Source: an uncultured Candidatus Rokubacteria bacterium
Lineage (GTDB): Bacteria; Methylomirabilota; Methylomirabilia; Rokubacteriales; DASRDR01
DNA length: 64,000 bases
NCBI GenBank assembly: GCA_963826115.1
Contig: CAWGVS010000006.1
Span: 224,001-288,000, forward strand
Direction: 5' to 3'
A program made the position numbers and the translations under genes. Within the stretch, counting starts at the first letter, position 1. The number at the start of each line of letters is the position of its first letter. The notes under the pieces were generated by a model, which made no database searches, was not told the origin of the DNA, and saw nothing but the letters and a program-made list of their open reading frames with translations. Positions 1 through 10,867 of the stretch are shown piece by piece.

Positions 1-364
1 GCGACTGATCGAGCTCGGGGTCGACCAGGAGCACGGTCGCCCCGGAGTGGTCGACGATGTACCGGATCTCCTCGGCGGTGAGCCGGAAGTTGGCCGGGAC
101 GACGACCCGGTTGAAGCCGCTCACGCCCCAGAAGGCGATCAGGATCCGCGCGGCATTGGGGCTGACGATCGCGACGCGCTCTCCGTCGCCGATGCCCATC
201 CGGTCGAGCGCGAGCGCCATGCCGCGGGCGCGCGCCTCGAACTGAGCGTAGGTGAGTGTGCCCAGCGAGCCGAGCACGTTCGGCTCGTCGACCACCGCCA
301 CGCGGTCGCCGTGAACGTAGGCCGCGCGCGCGAGGAAATCCCAGACGTTCAGGGGCACACGCAT
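1..364 (-). CDS. Acyl-CoA synthetase / AMP-binding enzyme, N-terminal part (runs off window edge)
   Basis: Manual translation from ATG 364: MRVPLNVWDFLARAAYVHGDRVAVVD...TYAQFEARARGMALALDRMGIGDGERVAIVSPN...VVPANFRLTAEEIRYIVDHSGATVLLVD; GGAGG RBS upstream; not in the ORF track. Confidence 0.85.
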   Translation of the reverse strand, partial: MRVPLNVWDFLARAAYVHGDRVAVVDEPNVLGSLGTLTYAQFEARARGMALALDRMGIGDGERVAIVSPNAARILIAFWGVSGFNRVVVPANFRLTAEEIRYIVDHSGATVLLVDPELDQS

Positions 365-672
365 GGACGACCCTCCGTGTCAGGGGCGGGCTTGCGACCA
401 GGGATCCGGGGAGGCACCCCGGGCGCGACGACGTACAGACGATGCCCGATGAGCGTGCGGGGCGTCAAGCGGTTCGCCCCGACAGGCCGGCGGCCCGTCG
501 GCGTCGCCGCGCGCCCGGCCGGAGCGGGCGGACTGGAGCGCCGGCCCCGTCGGCCGGTCACCGGGTCGTGTATGCTCGCTATTCGGGGCCCAGGCGGAGC
601 GCTCCGCGCGAAGGGTGATCTAGCCGGCCCGCGCCCGATGCCGCGGACCGCGGTCGGAAGAGGACGGACGCC

Positions 673-1164
673 ATGCTGAGCAAGGAAGAGGTCGCCAAGA
701 TGTCACGTCCGGAGCGGCTCGAGCGCCTGGGGCACACCGGGCACGAGCTGGACCAGGCGATCGCCGACCGGCCGGAGGGCGTGCTCTGCCGGCGTCCGGA
801 CGAGAAGAACTGGGCGCCCAAGGAGGTGGTCTGCCACCTCCGGGACACCGAGGAGTTCTTCATGATCCGGTTCCAGACGCTGGCGGCGGCCCACGAGCCG
901 CCCCTGGTGCCGGCCGATCCGATGCGATGGGCCGAGGACCGCCAGTACATTCGCAACGACGCCGGGGAGGCCAGCCGCGCGTTCCGCCTGCGGCGGGAGG
1001 AATCCATCGCTCACCTGCGCGGGCTCGCCGACGCCCAGTGGTCGCGCGCCGGCCTCCATCCGACGTACGGGCGCATGACCGTCGAGGACATCGTCAACCT
1101 GATGGTCTGGCACGACGCGAACCACCTCGACCAGCTCCACCGCGCGCTCCGGGGCGAGGCCTAG
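673..1164 (+). CDS. DinB/YfiT-like family protein
   Basis: W-x-x-KEVVCHLRDTE and HDANHLDQ metal-binding His pattern; 163 aa. Confidence 0.8.
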   Translation: MLSKEEVAKMSRPERLERLGHTGHELDQAIADRPEGVLCRRPDEKNWAPKEVVCHLRDTEEFFMIRFQTLAAAHEPPLVPADPMRWAEDRQYIRNDAGEASRAFRLRREESIAHLRGLADAQWSRAGLHPTYGRMTVEDIVNLMVWHDANHLDQLHRALRGEA

Positions 1165-1200
1165 GCTCCGCCCCCATCGAGGTCCCACGAGGGAGGACAG

Positions 1201-2958
1201 ATGTCAGATCGATTCGTTTCCGGGAACCCCGGTCGTGACGTGCAGCGTGTGGGCACTGCGCGCTTCCTGGGGCAGGATCCCCAGAAGATCCACGATCCGG
1301 TCTGGGCGGTCACGGGGAATCTCGGCGACAGCCAGTGCTACCTCGGCGTGACCGACAAGGTCCAGGCCATCCAGGCGGCGCTCGCCGCCCGCATCCGCCA
1401 GGACGACCTGCCCGTGCGACTGATCCCGCCCGCCTACACGCTCGGCGTGTCGGACGGGCAGCTGAACGGGACCGAGCGCATGCGCTACTCGCTGATCGGG
1501 CGAGAGCTCGCGAACGACGCGATCGACGCGCACCTGCACGCGAACGACGTGCAGGGGCTCATCGCGGTCGTCGCGTGCGACAAGCCGCCGGTCGGCACGC
1601 TCGCGGCCGTCCTCGAGCGGGACGTGCCGACGGTCTTCCTCTCCGACGGCTCGATCAAGCCCGGCGCCGATCCCGTGAGTGGCGAGCGCATCGACCTCGT
1701 GACCGCGTTCCAGGCCGCAGGCGACCCCGACCCCGCCCGCCGTACGCAGATCGCGCTGCACGCCTGCCCGGGCCAGGGAAGCTGCGGCGGCATGTTCACG
1801 TACAACACCATGCAGACGTTCATCGCCGTCGTCGGCATGGAGCCGCTCCACATGGTGGCGCCCCCCTCCGACGATCCGCGCCGGCTCGCCGAGTTCCCCG
1901 GAGAGCTCGTCGACTGTCTCGTCACGCTGACCCGGAAGCGGATCACGCCGCGGGCCATCGTGACGCCGAAGGCGCTGCGCAACGCGCTGACGGTCGCCAT
2001 CGCCATGGGCGGCTCGACCAACGTCGCCCTCCACAGCGTCGAGATCGCGCGCGCCGCCGGGCTCGACGTCTGGAAGGACGTGATGAGCCAGGACGAGTTC
2101 AACGCGCTCTCGCACCGTATCCCCGTCCTCATCAACGCCCGGCCGTTCGGGTCCTACTCGATGGTCGACATCGGGGCGAAGGGCGGACTCCAGGTGATCG
2201 TGAAGCAGCTTCTCGACGCGGGCTATCTCGACGGCGGCTGCCTCACGTGCACCGGCGAAACCCTCGCGGAGCAGGTGCGGCGCCTGGCGCCGCCGACGCC
2301 CGACGGCGACGTCATCCATCCGATCGCGTCCCCGTTCAAGAAGACCGGCGGTCTCCGCCTTCTGCGCGGCAACCTGGCCCCCGAGGGCGGGGCCATCCTG
2401 AAGGTTGCCGGCGTCGAGGGCGGGATCAAGGATGGCGTCTTCACCGGCCGCGCGCGCGTCTTCGACAGCGAGCGCGAGCTCATCGCCGCCCTCGAGAACA
2501 CGCCGGACGTCTTCGCAGACCACGACATGGTTGTCATCCGCTACGAGGGCCCGCGCGGCGCGCCCGGCATGCCGGAGCTGCTCGACCCGACGTCGCGCAT
2601 CACGGCCCTCTGCCGTCGCAAGAAGATCACGATCGCGCTCATGACCGACGCCCGCTTCTCGGGCGGGTCCGTCGGCCTGGTGATCGGCCACGTCGCGCCC
2701 GAAGCGTACCTCGGCGGCCCGATCGCGCTGGTCGAGGACGGCGACACGATCGTCGTCGACCTGAGCAAGGACCGCCTGGACTGCCGCGAGCTCGCCGACG
2801 AGGCTGTTCGCGCGCGCCGCGCCGCCGCCTGGCGGACGGCAGCGCAGCAGCACGGTGGCGTGCACCCGGCGGTGAAGCCGGTGACAAACCGCCTCCTGAA
2901 GCGGATGCGCGCCGGGGCGCGTCCCGCGCTCGAGGGCGCGGGGATGGCGACCGACTAG
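1201..2958 (+). CDS. IlvD/Edd family dihydroxy-acid dehydratase
   Basis: VSDG, ACDK, ACPGQGSCGGMFTYNTM, GGSTN, RYEGPRGAPGMPE, TDARFSGG, GHVAPEA motifs; GGGAGG RBS. Confidence 0.9.
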   Translation: MSDRFVSGNPGRDVQRVGTARFLGQDPQKIHDPVWAVTGNLGDSQCYLGVTDKVQAIQAALAARIRQDDLPVRLIPPAYTLGVSDGQLNGTERMRYSLIGRELANDAIDAHLHANDVQGLIAVVACDKPPVGTLAAVLERDVPTVFLSDGSIKPGADPVSGERIDLVTAFQAAGDPDPARRTQIALHACPGQGSCGGMFTYNTMQTFIAVVGMEPLHMVAPPSDDPRRLAEFPGELVDCLVTLTRKRITPRAIVTPKALRNALTVAIAMGGSTNVALHSVEIARAAGLDVWKDVMSQDEFNALSHRIPVLINARPFGSYSMVDIGAKGGLQVIVKQLLDAGYLDGGCLTCTGETLAEQVRRLAPPTPDGDVIHPIASPFKKTGGLRLLRGNLAPEGGAILKVAGVEGGIKDGVFTGRARVFDSERELIAALENTPDVFADHDMVVIRYEGPRGAPGMPELLDPTSRITALCRRKKITIALMTDARFSGGSVGLVIGHVAPEAYLGGPIALVEDGDTIVVDLSKDRLDCRELADEAVRARRAAAWRTAAQQHGGVHPAVKPVTNRLLKRMRAGARPALEGAGMATD

Positions 2959-3008
2959 CGGCCGCCGCGCGTCGGCGCGCGCTCCGGATCGACGAGGGCC
3001 AGGTCCGG

Positions 3009-3800
3009 TCAGACCAGTCCCGCGTACGAGCCGCCGTCGACGAGCACGCTCTCCCCGGTGATGAACCGGGCCTGCTGGGAGCACAGGAACGCGACGACGG
3101 CGCCGAAGTCCTTCGCGTCGCCTATGGTCCGCATGGGATTGCTGGACCGGTGGGAGTCCATCGCCGCCTCGAAGGTGATGCCCTCGCTCGCCGCCCGGCT
3201 GCGCGCGGTCTGCTCCACGCGGTCCGTGGCGTGGGAGCCCGGCAGGGCCGCATTGATGGTCACGCCGGTCTGCGCGATCTCTCGCGCCACCGTCTTCATG
3301 AACCCCGTCAGCCCCGCCCGTGCCGTGTTGGAGAGCAGGATGTGGGGGATCGGCTGCTTCACCGAGACCGACGTGATGTAGACGATCCGGCCCCACTTCT
3401 TCTTGACCATCGCCGGCACGGCCCCGTAGGTGAGCCGGATCGAGCTCATCATCGACAGCTCCACGGCCGGGATGAACTGCTCGAGCTTCGTGCTGGCGAA
3501 GGTCCCGGCGGGCGGCCCGCCGGCGTTGCCCACGACGATGTCGGGGTCGCCGAGCCGCGCGCGCACGTCGGCGAGCAGCCGGTCGATGTCCTCGGCCCTG
3601 GTCATGTCGGCCACGAACGGCGCGACCTCGTGGCCGGTGACGGCCGCGATCTCGCGGGCCACCCGCTCCACGTCGGCGCGCGTCCGGGCGCAGATGGCCA
3701 CGCGGCAGCCTTCCGCCGAGAGGGCCTCCGCGGAGCCCCGCCCCAGACCCTTCGAGGCGGCGGTGACGAGCGCGATCTTTCCCCGAATGCCGAGATCCAT
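3009..3800 (-). CDS. Short-chain dehydrogenase/reductase (SDR)
   Basis: MDLGIRGKIALVTAASKGLG, NAGGPP, LSNTARAG, ITGESVLVDGG. Confidence 0.9.
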   Translation of the reverse strand: MDLGIRGKIALVTAASKGLGRGSAEALSAEGCRVAICARTRADVERVAREIAAVTGHEVAPFVADMTRAEDIDRLLADVRARLGDPDIVVGNAGGPPAGTFASTKLEQFIPAVELSMMSSIRLTYGAVPAMVKKKWGRIVYITSVSVKQPIPHILLSNTARAGLTGFMKTVAREIAQTGVTINAALPGSHATDRVEQTARSRAASEGITFEAAMDSHRSSNPMRTIGDAKDFGAVVAFLCSQQARFITGESVLVDGGSYAGLV

Positions 3801-3830
3801 GCGTGGGTCCTCCGTGACAGGGTGCGAGGC

Positions 3831-4514
3831 TCAGACGGGCCAGGCCTCGAGGCGCCAGGCCATCTCCCAGAAGAGGTACTCGTAGCGGCTCGAGGTCAGG
3901 AAAGCGTCCTCCATCCGCCCGCGGGTCGCGTCGTCGGCGCCGGCGCCGAGCCGGTCCACGAGCTCCCGGCACCAGCCCGCCAGCGCCGCGAACTCGGGGT
4001 CGGCGTACATCGCGACCCACTTCGCGTAGCGGGGCTCGGCGGGCCGGCCGCGCGCGGCGAGCGTCTGCCCGATCTCCGCGAAGCCCCACATGCAGGGGAG
4101 CAGCGCCGCGGCCAGCTCGGCGAAGTCCCCCGTGGCCGCAACGCGCACCAGGAAGTCGGTGTAGGCGCGGGTGGTGGGCGCCATCGGCTCCCGCTCGAGC
4201 GCGGCGGCGTCGATGCCGAACTCCGCGGCGTACGCGCGGTGGAGGTCCATCTCGGTCCGTGCCGTCGCCTGGAGGAGGTCCGCGAAGCGCGCAAGGGTCT
4301 CGAGGTCGGGCGCGCGGGCCGCCGCGAGCCCGAAGAGCCGGCAGTACTCCACGAGGAAGCGGTAGTCCTGCCGCACCCAGTGGCGGAAGCGATCGAGGTC
4401 GAGCGATCCGTCCCCGATGCCGCGCACGAACGGGTGCTGGAGCTGCGCGCGCCACACCGGCTCCGCCACGCGGCGGAGGCGCGCCGAGAAGGGCTCGCCG
4501 CCCGGCCCGTCCAC
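3831..4514 (-). CDS. tenA: Thiaminase II / TenA family protein
   Basis: C-terminal part of ORF 3831..5660: HPFVRGIGDGSL, QDYRFL, LLPCMWGF (catalytic Cys), EYLFWEMAW; GTG start 4514 with GGAG RBS (start inferred). Confidence 0.85.
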   Translation of the reverse strand: MDGPGGEPFSARLRRVAEPVWRAQLQHPFVRGIGDGSLDLDRFRHWVRQDYRFLVEYCRLFGLAAARAPDLETLARFADLLQATARTEMDLHRAYAAEFGIDAAALEREPMAPTTRAYTDFLVRVAATGDFAELAAALLPCMWGFAEIGQTLAARGRPAEPRYAKWVAMYADPEFAALAGWCRELVDRLGAGADDATRGRMEDAFLTSSRYEYLFWEMAWRLEAWPV

Positions 4515-4543
4515 CGGCTCCGTGCGCGGGTCCGACAGCGGGC

Positions 4544-5191
4544 TCAGGAGGGGGGCGGGTCCGCGTCCGGGTGTCCCGTGCCCGTCCATTCCGGCACCAG
4601 CCCGTGCGCGATGCCGAGCCGGTCGAGCACGCGGCCCACCGTGTGGTCGACCAGGTCGCGGATCGTCTTCGGGCGGTGGTAGAACGCCGGGACCGGGGGC
4701 AGGATGATCCCGCCCATCTCCGCCAGCGCGAGCATCTGGCGCAGGTGGCCGACGTGGAGCGGAGTCTCGCGCACGACGACGATCAGCGGCCGGCCCTCCT
4801 TGAGGGTCACGTCGCCCGCGCGCGCGATGAGCGTGTCGGCGTGGGAGGTGGCGAGCGCCGAGAGAGTCTTGATGCTGCACGGCGCGACCACCATCCCGGC
4901 CGTCCGGAAGGAGCCGCTGGCCAGGGCCGCGCCGATGTCGCGGTCGTCGTAGGCACGCGTCGCCAGGGCCTCCACGTCGCGCGCCGTGTACTCGGTCTCC
5001 TCCACGAGCGTGCGCTTGGCGGCCCGGCTCACGATCAGGTGGGTCTCCAGACCGGGCACCTCCCGCAGAGCCTCCAGGAGGCGGATGCCGTAGATCGACC
5101 CGCTTGCGCCGGAGATGCCGACGACGAGGCGCACCGGCGCGCGGCCACCGGTCGCGCCGCTGGGAACACCCGGACGGGTCGACGGCCGCAT
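4544..5191 (-). CDS. ubiX: Flavin prenyltransferase UbiX
   Basis: VVGISGASG, LASGSF, APCSIKTL, RAGDVTLKE, VRETPL, PAFYHRP; true start may be GTG 5134. Confidence 0.92.
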   Translation of the reverse strand: MRPSTRPGVPSGATGGRAPVRLVVGISGASGSIYGIRLLEALREVPGLETHLIVSRAAKRTLVEETEYTARDVEALATRAYDDRDIGAALASGSFRTAGMVVAPCSIKTLSALATSHADTLIARAGDVTLKEGRPLIVVVRETPLHVGHLRQMLALAEMGGIILPPVPAFYHRPKTIRDLVDHTVGRVLDRLGIAHGLVPEWTGTGHPDADPPPS

Positions 5192-5196
5192 CGCGC

Positions 5197-5775
5197 TCAG
5201 TGCCCGGGCGGTGGGGATCCGCCGTCCAGCGCGTGACCCCGCAGCTCCGCGTAGCGGGCGAGCTGCGCCGGGTGGAGCACGGCGCGGGTTGCGAGGTGCG
5301 CGTTGAGGTGCACCGCGCGCAGCTCGCCCCGGAGCGCCGCGATGCGGTCGAGGCGCGGCCGGAGGCTCGTGACGTCGATCGTGCCGCTCCTGAACGCCAG
5401 CGCCAGCTCTCGCTCGCTGTCGAGCACGAGACTGCCCACGCGCCGGGCCTCGAGCTCCATGGCCCGGCCGATGTCTTGGACCTGGGCGACCTGCTCCTTC
5501 GAGAGCGGAAGGGATCCGGCAGTCCAGGCGTCCAGCACGTGCCGGGGACCTGGATAGCCCTGGACATCGGCAACCCGGGCCAGACCCATCCCCCGACCTT
5601 CACGGAGCTCGGCGATCTCGTCCGTGCCGAGACCTGGGATCTCCACGCCCGGAGTGGCATGGTGCGGGGCGCCGGAGGCTCGGGAGGGCATCGGCCCGCT
5701 GTGCTGCGCGCCGGCCGCCAACGGCACGATCAGGCTGAGCGCCAAGAGACCTCCGGTCGCGAGGCGGGTGCGCAT
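5197..5775 (-). CDS. Secreted Spy/CpxP-like (periplasmic chaperone / metal sensor-type) protein
   Basis: Signal peptide ending AAGAQ; G-x-GMGLARVA..GYPGPRHVL, LPLSKEQ and VLHPAQ (LTxxQ-like) motifs. Confidence 0.65.
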   Translation of the reverse strand: MRTRLATGGLLALSLIVPLAAGAQHSGPMPSRASGAPHHATPGVEIPGLGTDEIAELREGRGMGLARVADVQGYPGPRHVLDAWTAGSLPLSKEQVAQVQDIGRAMELEARRVGSLVLDSERELALAFRSGTIDVTSLRPRLDRIAALRGELRAVHLNAHLATRAVLHPAQLARYAELRGHALDGGSPPPGH

Positions 5776-5876
5776 GGGCGGGATCCCTCCGGAGTATCGG
5801 GCCGGGGCTCGCCCGGCCGGGGGTGATCGACGTCGCTAGCCTACCATGGGGGTCGGGGGCGCGGTACGATCGGACC

Positions 5877-6179
5877 ATGACCCCGGGGCGTGGGCTCGTG
5901 CTGGCGCTCCTGATCCTCGGGAGCGTCGCGTGCGGCGCGGGCACGCGCTGGGAGCGGCCGGGCGGGACCGAGGCCGACCGCAAGGGCGACGAGACCGACT
6001 GCGCCGCGCTGGCTAACCGGGACCGGTCGGTGCCGGCCCAGCGTATCGTCACGCGCCCCGGCGGCCGCACCACCGAGGGGGTCGAGCTGGTCACCGTCCG
6101 GGACTTCGACTCCGGCGTGTTCGACGAGTGCATGCGGAGCCGCGGCTACCAGCGGGTTCCGGTCGCCCCGCCGGGCTAG
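5877..6179 (+). CDS. Small lipoprotein of unknown function (paralog 1)
   Basis: Lipobox-like SVAC; WERPG...DETDC...FDECMRSRGY; ATG 5877 lies 6 nt after TACGAT. Confidence 0.7.
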   Translation: MTPGRGLVLALLILGSVACGAGTRWERPGGTEADRKGDETDCAALANRDRSVPAQRIVTRPGGRTTEGVELVTVRDFDSGVFDECMRSRGYQRVPVAPPG

Positions 6180-6236
6180 CCGGGGCCTTCCGGCTCCCGT
6201 CGCCCGCCGGGCTCGAACCGTGCTAGGATGCCGGCC

Positions 6237-6527
6237 ATGCGATATCTAGCCGTGGTCGTGGCCGCCTTGGCCCTGGCGTCCTGCGGGACGGCGGTGAAGT
6301 GGCAGAAGCAGGGTGTGGGCGCGGCGGAGCAGCAGAAGGACGAGACCGCCTGCACCTCCCTCGCGAACCGGGAAGGCACCATCCCGTCGGCGAGTACCGC
6401 CGGGACGACGACCGGGACGCCCGTTGCTTCCCAGCAGACCCGGATCCAGACCTACGACGCGCAGGCCTTCGAGGAGTGCATGCGGACCCGCGGCTACGAG
6501 CGGGTCCCGGCTCGCCCGCCGGCTTAG
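6237..6527 (+). CDS. Small lipoprotein of unknown function (paralog 2)
   Basis: Lipobox LASC; WQKQG...DETAC...FEECMRTRGY; ATG 6237 lies 7 nt after TGcTAGGAT. Confidence 0.75.
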   Translation: MRYLAVVVAALALASCGTAVKWQKQGVGAAEQQKDETACTSLANREGTIPSASTAGTTTGTPVASQQTRIQTYDAQAFEECMRTRGYERVPARPPA

Positions 6528-6979
6528 CTGTCCGACTCGCTCCTCCGGCCGGCCGCGCGCGCCGTCGGAGGTGTGCCCTCTCGCCCGAGGTCTCGTGGCG
6601 CTCGCTGCAGGCTCCTCACGTACTGGACGACTGCCTCGATGTCCTTCTCGCTCAGGACGAAGCCGAAGGACGGCATTCCGGGCTTCCCGAAGGTCGATCC
6701 CCCGTGACGGATCAGGTCCACCAGGTACTGGTCCGCCTGTGACACCATCGCCGGGCTTCCCAGGTCGCCGGGCCGCAGGAAGAGCAGCCGCGCCCGCCAC
6801 GAGTCCCCGCGCCCGGCTCGCCCGTGACAGGTCGCGCAGTGCGCCTGGTACAGCGCGCGGCCGGGCTCCGGGCCGCGCGGCGACGGCGGCACAGGCGCCT
6901 GGATGAGGAGCACGGCCGTCGCGATGAGCGCCGCCGCGGCGACGCCGACGCCGCCCCAGGCCAGGGCGCGCCGGCTCAC
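6524..6979 (-). CDS. Membrane-anchored monoheme cytochrome c
   Basis: N-terminal TM helix, GRALYQAHCATCHG, distal Met in GMPSFG; GTG start 6979 inferred. Confidence 0.85.
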   Translation of the reverse strand: MSRRALAWGGVGVAAAALIATAVLLIQAPVPPSPRGPEPGRALYQAHCATCHGRAGRGDSWRARLLFLRPGDLGSPAMVSQADQYLVDLIRHGGSTFGKPGMPSFGFVLSEKDIEAVVQYVRSLQRAPRDLGREGTPPTARAAGRRSESDS

Positions 6980-7203
6980 CGCGCGACCTTCCGATCGACG
7001 GCATCCCACCCGTCGCCGCGAGCCGGGGCGAGCGTGGTCACCGACATGACGGCGCCGGGCCGAGCGTCGGCACGGTCCTACTCTACCCGAGGCGCCGGCC
7101 CGGGGCGGTGGTGGCCGGGGAGGGGTCAGGGAGAACGCGACGGCGGGGAGCCGCGAGGCTCCCCGCCGTGGGTGCGACGACGGACGGCGCGACCGCCCGT
7201 CCG

Positions 7204-8301
<1,098 letters not shown>

Positions 8302-8451
8302 GCGGCTCTCCCTTTGGATCCTGGCAGGTGATGGTTCCGTGGTTAGGACGGCGGCGTCCAGGAGTCGATCGCCGTCAACCGTGACTGGCCGCTAGAATCG
8401 CTATCGGGGGAGGGCGTGTCAAGGCCCGCCACCGGTCTGCGTGCCGGCGGC

Positions 8452-9486
8452 TCACAGGCCCGGGCGCGCCCGGAGACGCAGGATCCGGTCGCGCGAGGAC
8501 TCGGCGATGTAGAGGTGCCCGTCTCCGTCGAGCGCCAACCCCGCAGGGTCCCTGAGGTTCTGGGCCACGGTCTCCACCGCGCCGTTCGGCCAGACGCGAA
8601 AGACGCGACCCACGTGGAAGCCGCCACTGACGAAGAGGGAGCCGTCCGGGGCGGCGACCATGCTGGTCCGGTTGTACTCGCCCAGGCCCTGGGGTAGCCG
8701 GGTCACGCGCTGGACGGCGCCGCCGGGGAGCAGGCGGAGCAGCGCGCCCGTGGGCTCGAGGAGCGCCACGTCGCCCGCCGGGAGCGGCGCCACCGCGACG
8801 AAGTAGCCCAGGAGCCCTGGGATCCGGCCGGTCCCCAGCCGGGGGAAGAGCGGAATGGCGCGATCGAGCCGGCGCGGGAGCGGGACGCTCGGATCGCGCG
8901 CGAGCCGGAACAGGAGAGGGCCGCGGTATTCGTCCTCACGGAGCGGCTCGAGTCCGCGCGGACCGCCCTCCTCGCCCGGCGCCAGCGTCCGGTCGACGTA
9001 GTCGAGGACCAGGAGCCGCCCGTCCTGGTCCAGGGCCAGCCCGCCGCCCGCGGGCACGCGGTGGAGCCCGGTGGCGTATCGTGCGAGCTCGCCGGCCGGC
9101 TCGAGGCGGTAGACCCGCGTCCCGTTCTCCTCCCCGAGGAACAGCTGGTGGGTCACCGGATCGAGGGCGAGGCTGCCGAAGGTCGCCGAGCGGCCCTCAC
9201 TGAAGGCCAGGCGGTGCGCCGGGCGCACCGCGTCGACGGGCAGGGTCCCGCCGAGGTCGACGTGGTAGAGCTCGCCCGCGGTGTCGCCGCGGGGGCCCGG
9301 CCCGAGCACGACGAGCGTGACGCCGTCGACGGCGAGCTGCGCCGGGCGCGGGATGCCGGTCGCCACCGTCTCGAGGCCGGCAGGCCCGGGGGGCGGGCCC
9401 GGTCCCTGGGAACGCGCGATCGGAGCCGGGCCGAGGATGAGGACGAGCAGGAGCGGGAGCAGAATCCAGCGCGGGAGCCGGCTCAC
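8452..9486 (-). CDS. Secreted beta-propeller-like (NHL/SMP-30-like) hypothetical protein
   Basis: Signal peptide; repeated GLALD-x-DG-x-LY/LL blades (PAGLALDGDGHLYIAES); start GTG 9486 or 9531. Confidence 0.55.
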   Translation of the reverse strand: MSRLPRWILLPLLLVLILGPAPIARSQGPGPPPGPAGLETVATGIPRPAQLAVDGVTLVVLGPGPRGDTAGELYHVDLGGTLPVDAVRPAHRLAFSEGRSATFGSLALDPVTHQLFLGEENGTRVYRLEPAGELARYATGLHRVPAGGGLALDQDGRLLVLDYVDRTLAPGEEGGPRGLEPLREDEYRGPLLFRLARDPSVPLPRRLDRAIPLFPRLGTGRIPGLLGYFVAVAPLPAGDVALLEPTGALLRLLPGGAVQRVTRLPQGLGEYNRTSMVAAPDGSLFVSGGFHVGRVFRVWPNGAVETVAQNLRDPAGLALDGDGHLYIAESSRDRILRLRARPGL

Positions 9487-9543
9487 CGGCCCCGGTCGAC
9501 CGAGTCCGGTCGCCGGCTCCCGCCGCCGCACTGCCGTGGCAGG

Positions 9544-10836
9544 CTACGCGAACTTCGCGTACACCGCCTTGATCTTGTCCTCGGCCCACTTGACGGTGGC
9601 CTCGAGGTCGAGCTTGTCGGTGCAGTACTGCGCGAGGGCATCGACCATGATGAACTGCTGGTACACCTCGTCGGCCGCCGGGTTGAACGGCCCGGGGTAG
9701 CCGATGGTGAAGTGGTAGTCGGCGTCCTGCTCGAGGGGCTTCAGCTTCGGGTCGTCGCTGATGATCGGGAGCGGCGGCTTCGCGAAGGCCTTCAGCATCG
9801 GCATGTTGTAGCCCGTCGACGCCTTCGCCCCCTCGCGGTAGTTGTCGGTCAGGGCCTCCAGGAAGGCCTTGGCCGCGTCCTGGTTCTTGGAGAACCTCGT
9901 GATGCCATAGGCGCGGCAGTTCGCGAAGGAGCGCCGCATCGCCGGACCCTTCGGGGAGAGCGAGACGTAGACCTTCGACGCGAGGTCCTTGTTCTGCCCC
10001 TCGATGCTCCGGTACGCGCTGATCGGATTGTGGATCCAGGAACCCCGGCCGGAGGCGAGGAAGCGGTTGTTGGACGCGTCGTCCCACGCGAGGACCTCGG
10101 GAGTCATCGCATCCTTGTAGAGCGCCCGCATGAACTTGAGCGCGTCGCGCATCTCCTTGGAGTTGTACGTGATCGTCTTGCCGTCCTTGGCGACCTCGGA
10201 GGCGCCGTGCGACCACATGATCGCCCGCCAGGATGCCCGGGAGTCGTCGTGGTGCGCGAGGCCGATGCCGACCGGGAAGCCCTTGGCCTTCAGCTTCGAC
10301 CCGCCCTGGTGGAGCTCCTCCCAGGAGTCCGGGCCGTTCGGCATGCCGACCTCGGTCCACAGATCCTTCCGGTAGAGGCCCGGAAAGTCGATGAAGAAGT
10401 CGGGGATCGTGTGGAACTTCCCACCCTTGGCCTGGGAGTAGTTCTCGGCCAGCGGGGTCCAGCCTCCGTGCTTCTGGCCGATTTTGTCGGCCAGGTCCTG
10501 GACGTTCACCAGCGCCTCGGCCCACTTCTCGGCGCCGGACCCGACCAGCTGGACGATGTCGTGACCGGACTGGGTGGCGACCTCGGCCGCGATCTTCGCC
10601 GGGATCTGGAGGTGCGGAACGTGGTCGATGACAGCCTTGATCCCGCTCTTGTTGCTCCACTCGTCCGTCCACTTGTCGAGCCACTGGTCGTAGGCCGGGA
10701 CGAAGTGGCTCCAGGCGAGGATCCGGATCTCCTTCTGCTGCGCCCACGACGGGCGGACCCAGACGTGGGGGAACGCGCCGGCCGCGGCCGTGCCGGCCGC
10801 GGTGCCCAGGAACTGTCGCCGAGTCAGTTTGGCCAT
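9544..10836 (-). CDS. Sugar ABC transporter substrate-binding protein (Tat-exported)
   Basis: TRRQFLG twin-arginine signal; SBP family 1 motifs YRKDL, PDSWEEL, WDDASNN; GGAGAGG RBS. Confidence 0.9.
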   Translation of the reverse strand: MAKLTRRQFLGTAAGTAAAGAFPHVWVRPSWAQQKEIRILAWSHFVPAYDQWLDKWTDEWSNKSGIKAVIDHVPHLQIPAKIAAEVATQSGHDIVQLVGSGAEKWAEALVNVQDLADKIGQKHGGWTPLAENYSQAKGGKFHTIPDFFIDFPGLYRKDLWTEVGMPNGPDSWEELHQGGSKLKAKGFPVGIGLAHHDDSRASWRAIMWSHGASEVAKDGKTITYNSKEMRDALKFMRALYKDAMTPEVLAWDDASNNRFLASGRGSWIHNPISAYRSIEGQNKDLASKVYVSLSPKGPAMRRSFANCRAYGITRFSKNQDAAKAFLEALTDNYREGAKASTGYNMPMLKAFAKPPLPIISDDPKLKPLEQDADYHFTIGYPGPFNPAADEVYQQFIMVDALAQYCTDKLDLEATVKWAEDKIKAVYAKFA

Positions 10837-10867
10837 GCCTCTCCTCCTTGTTGTTCGGGTCAGGCTT

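Noticed and set aside
1204-4682. Very long overlapping ORFs (1083 and 1115 aa; likewise 40288..43746 and 57172..60750)
   Set aside because: Arg/Gly/Pro-rich off-frame or antisense products typical of high-GC DNA, overlapping well-supported genes.
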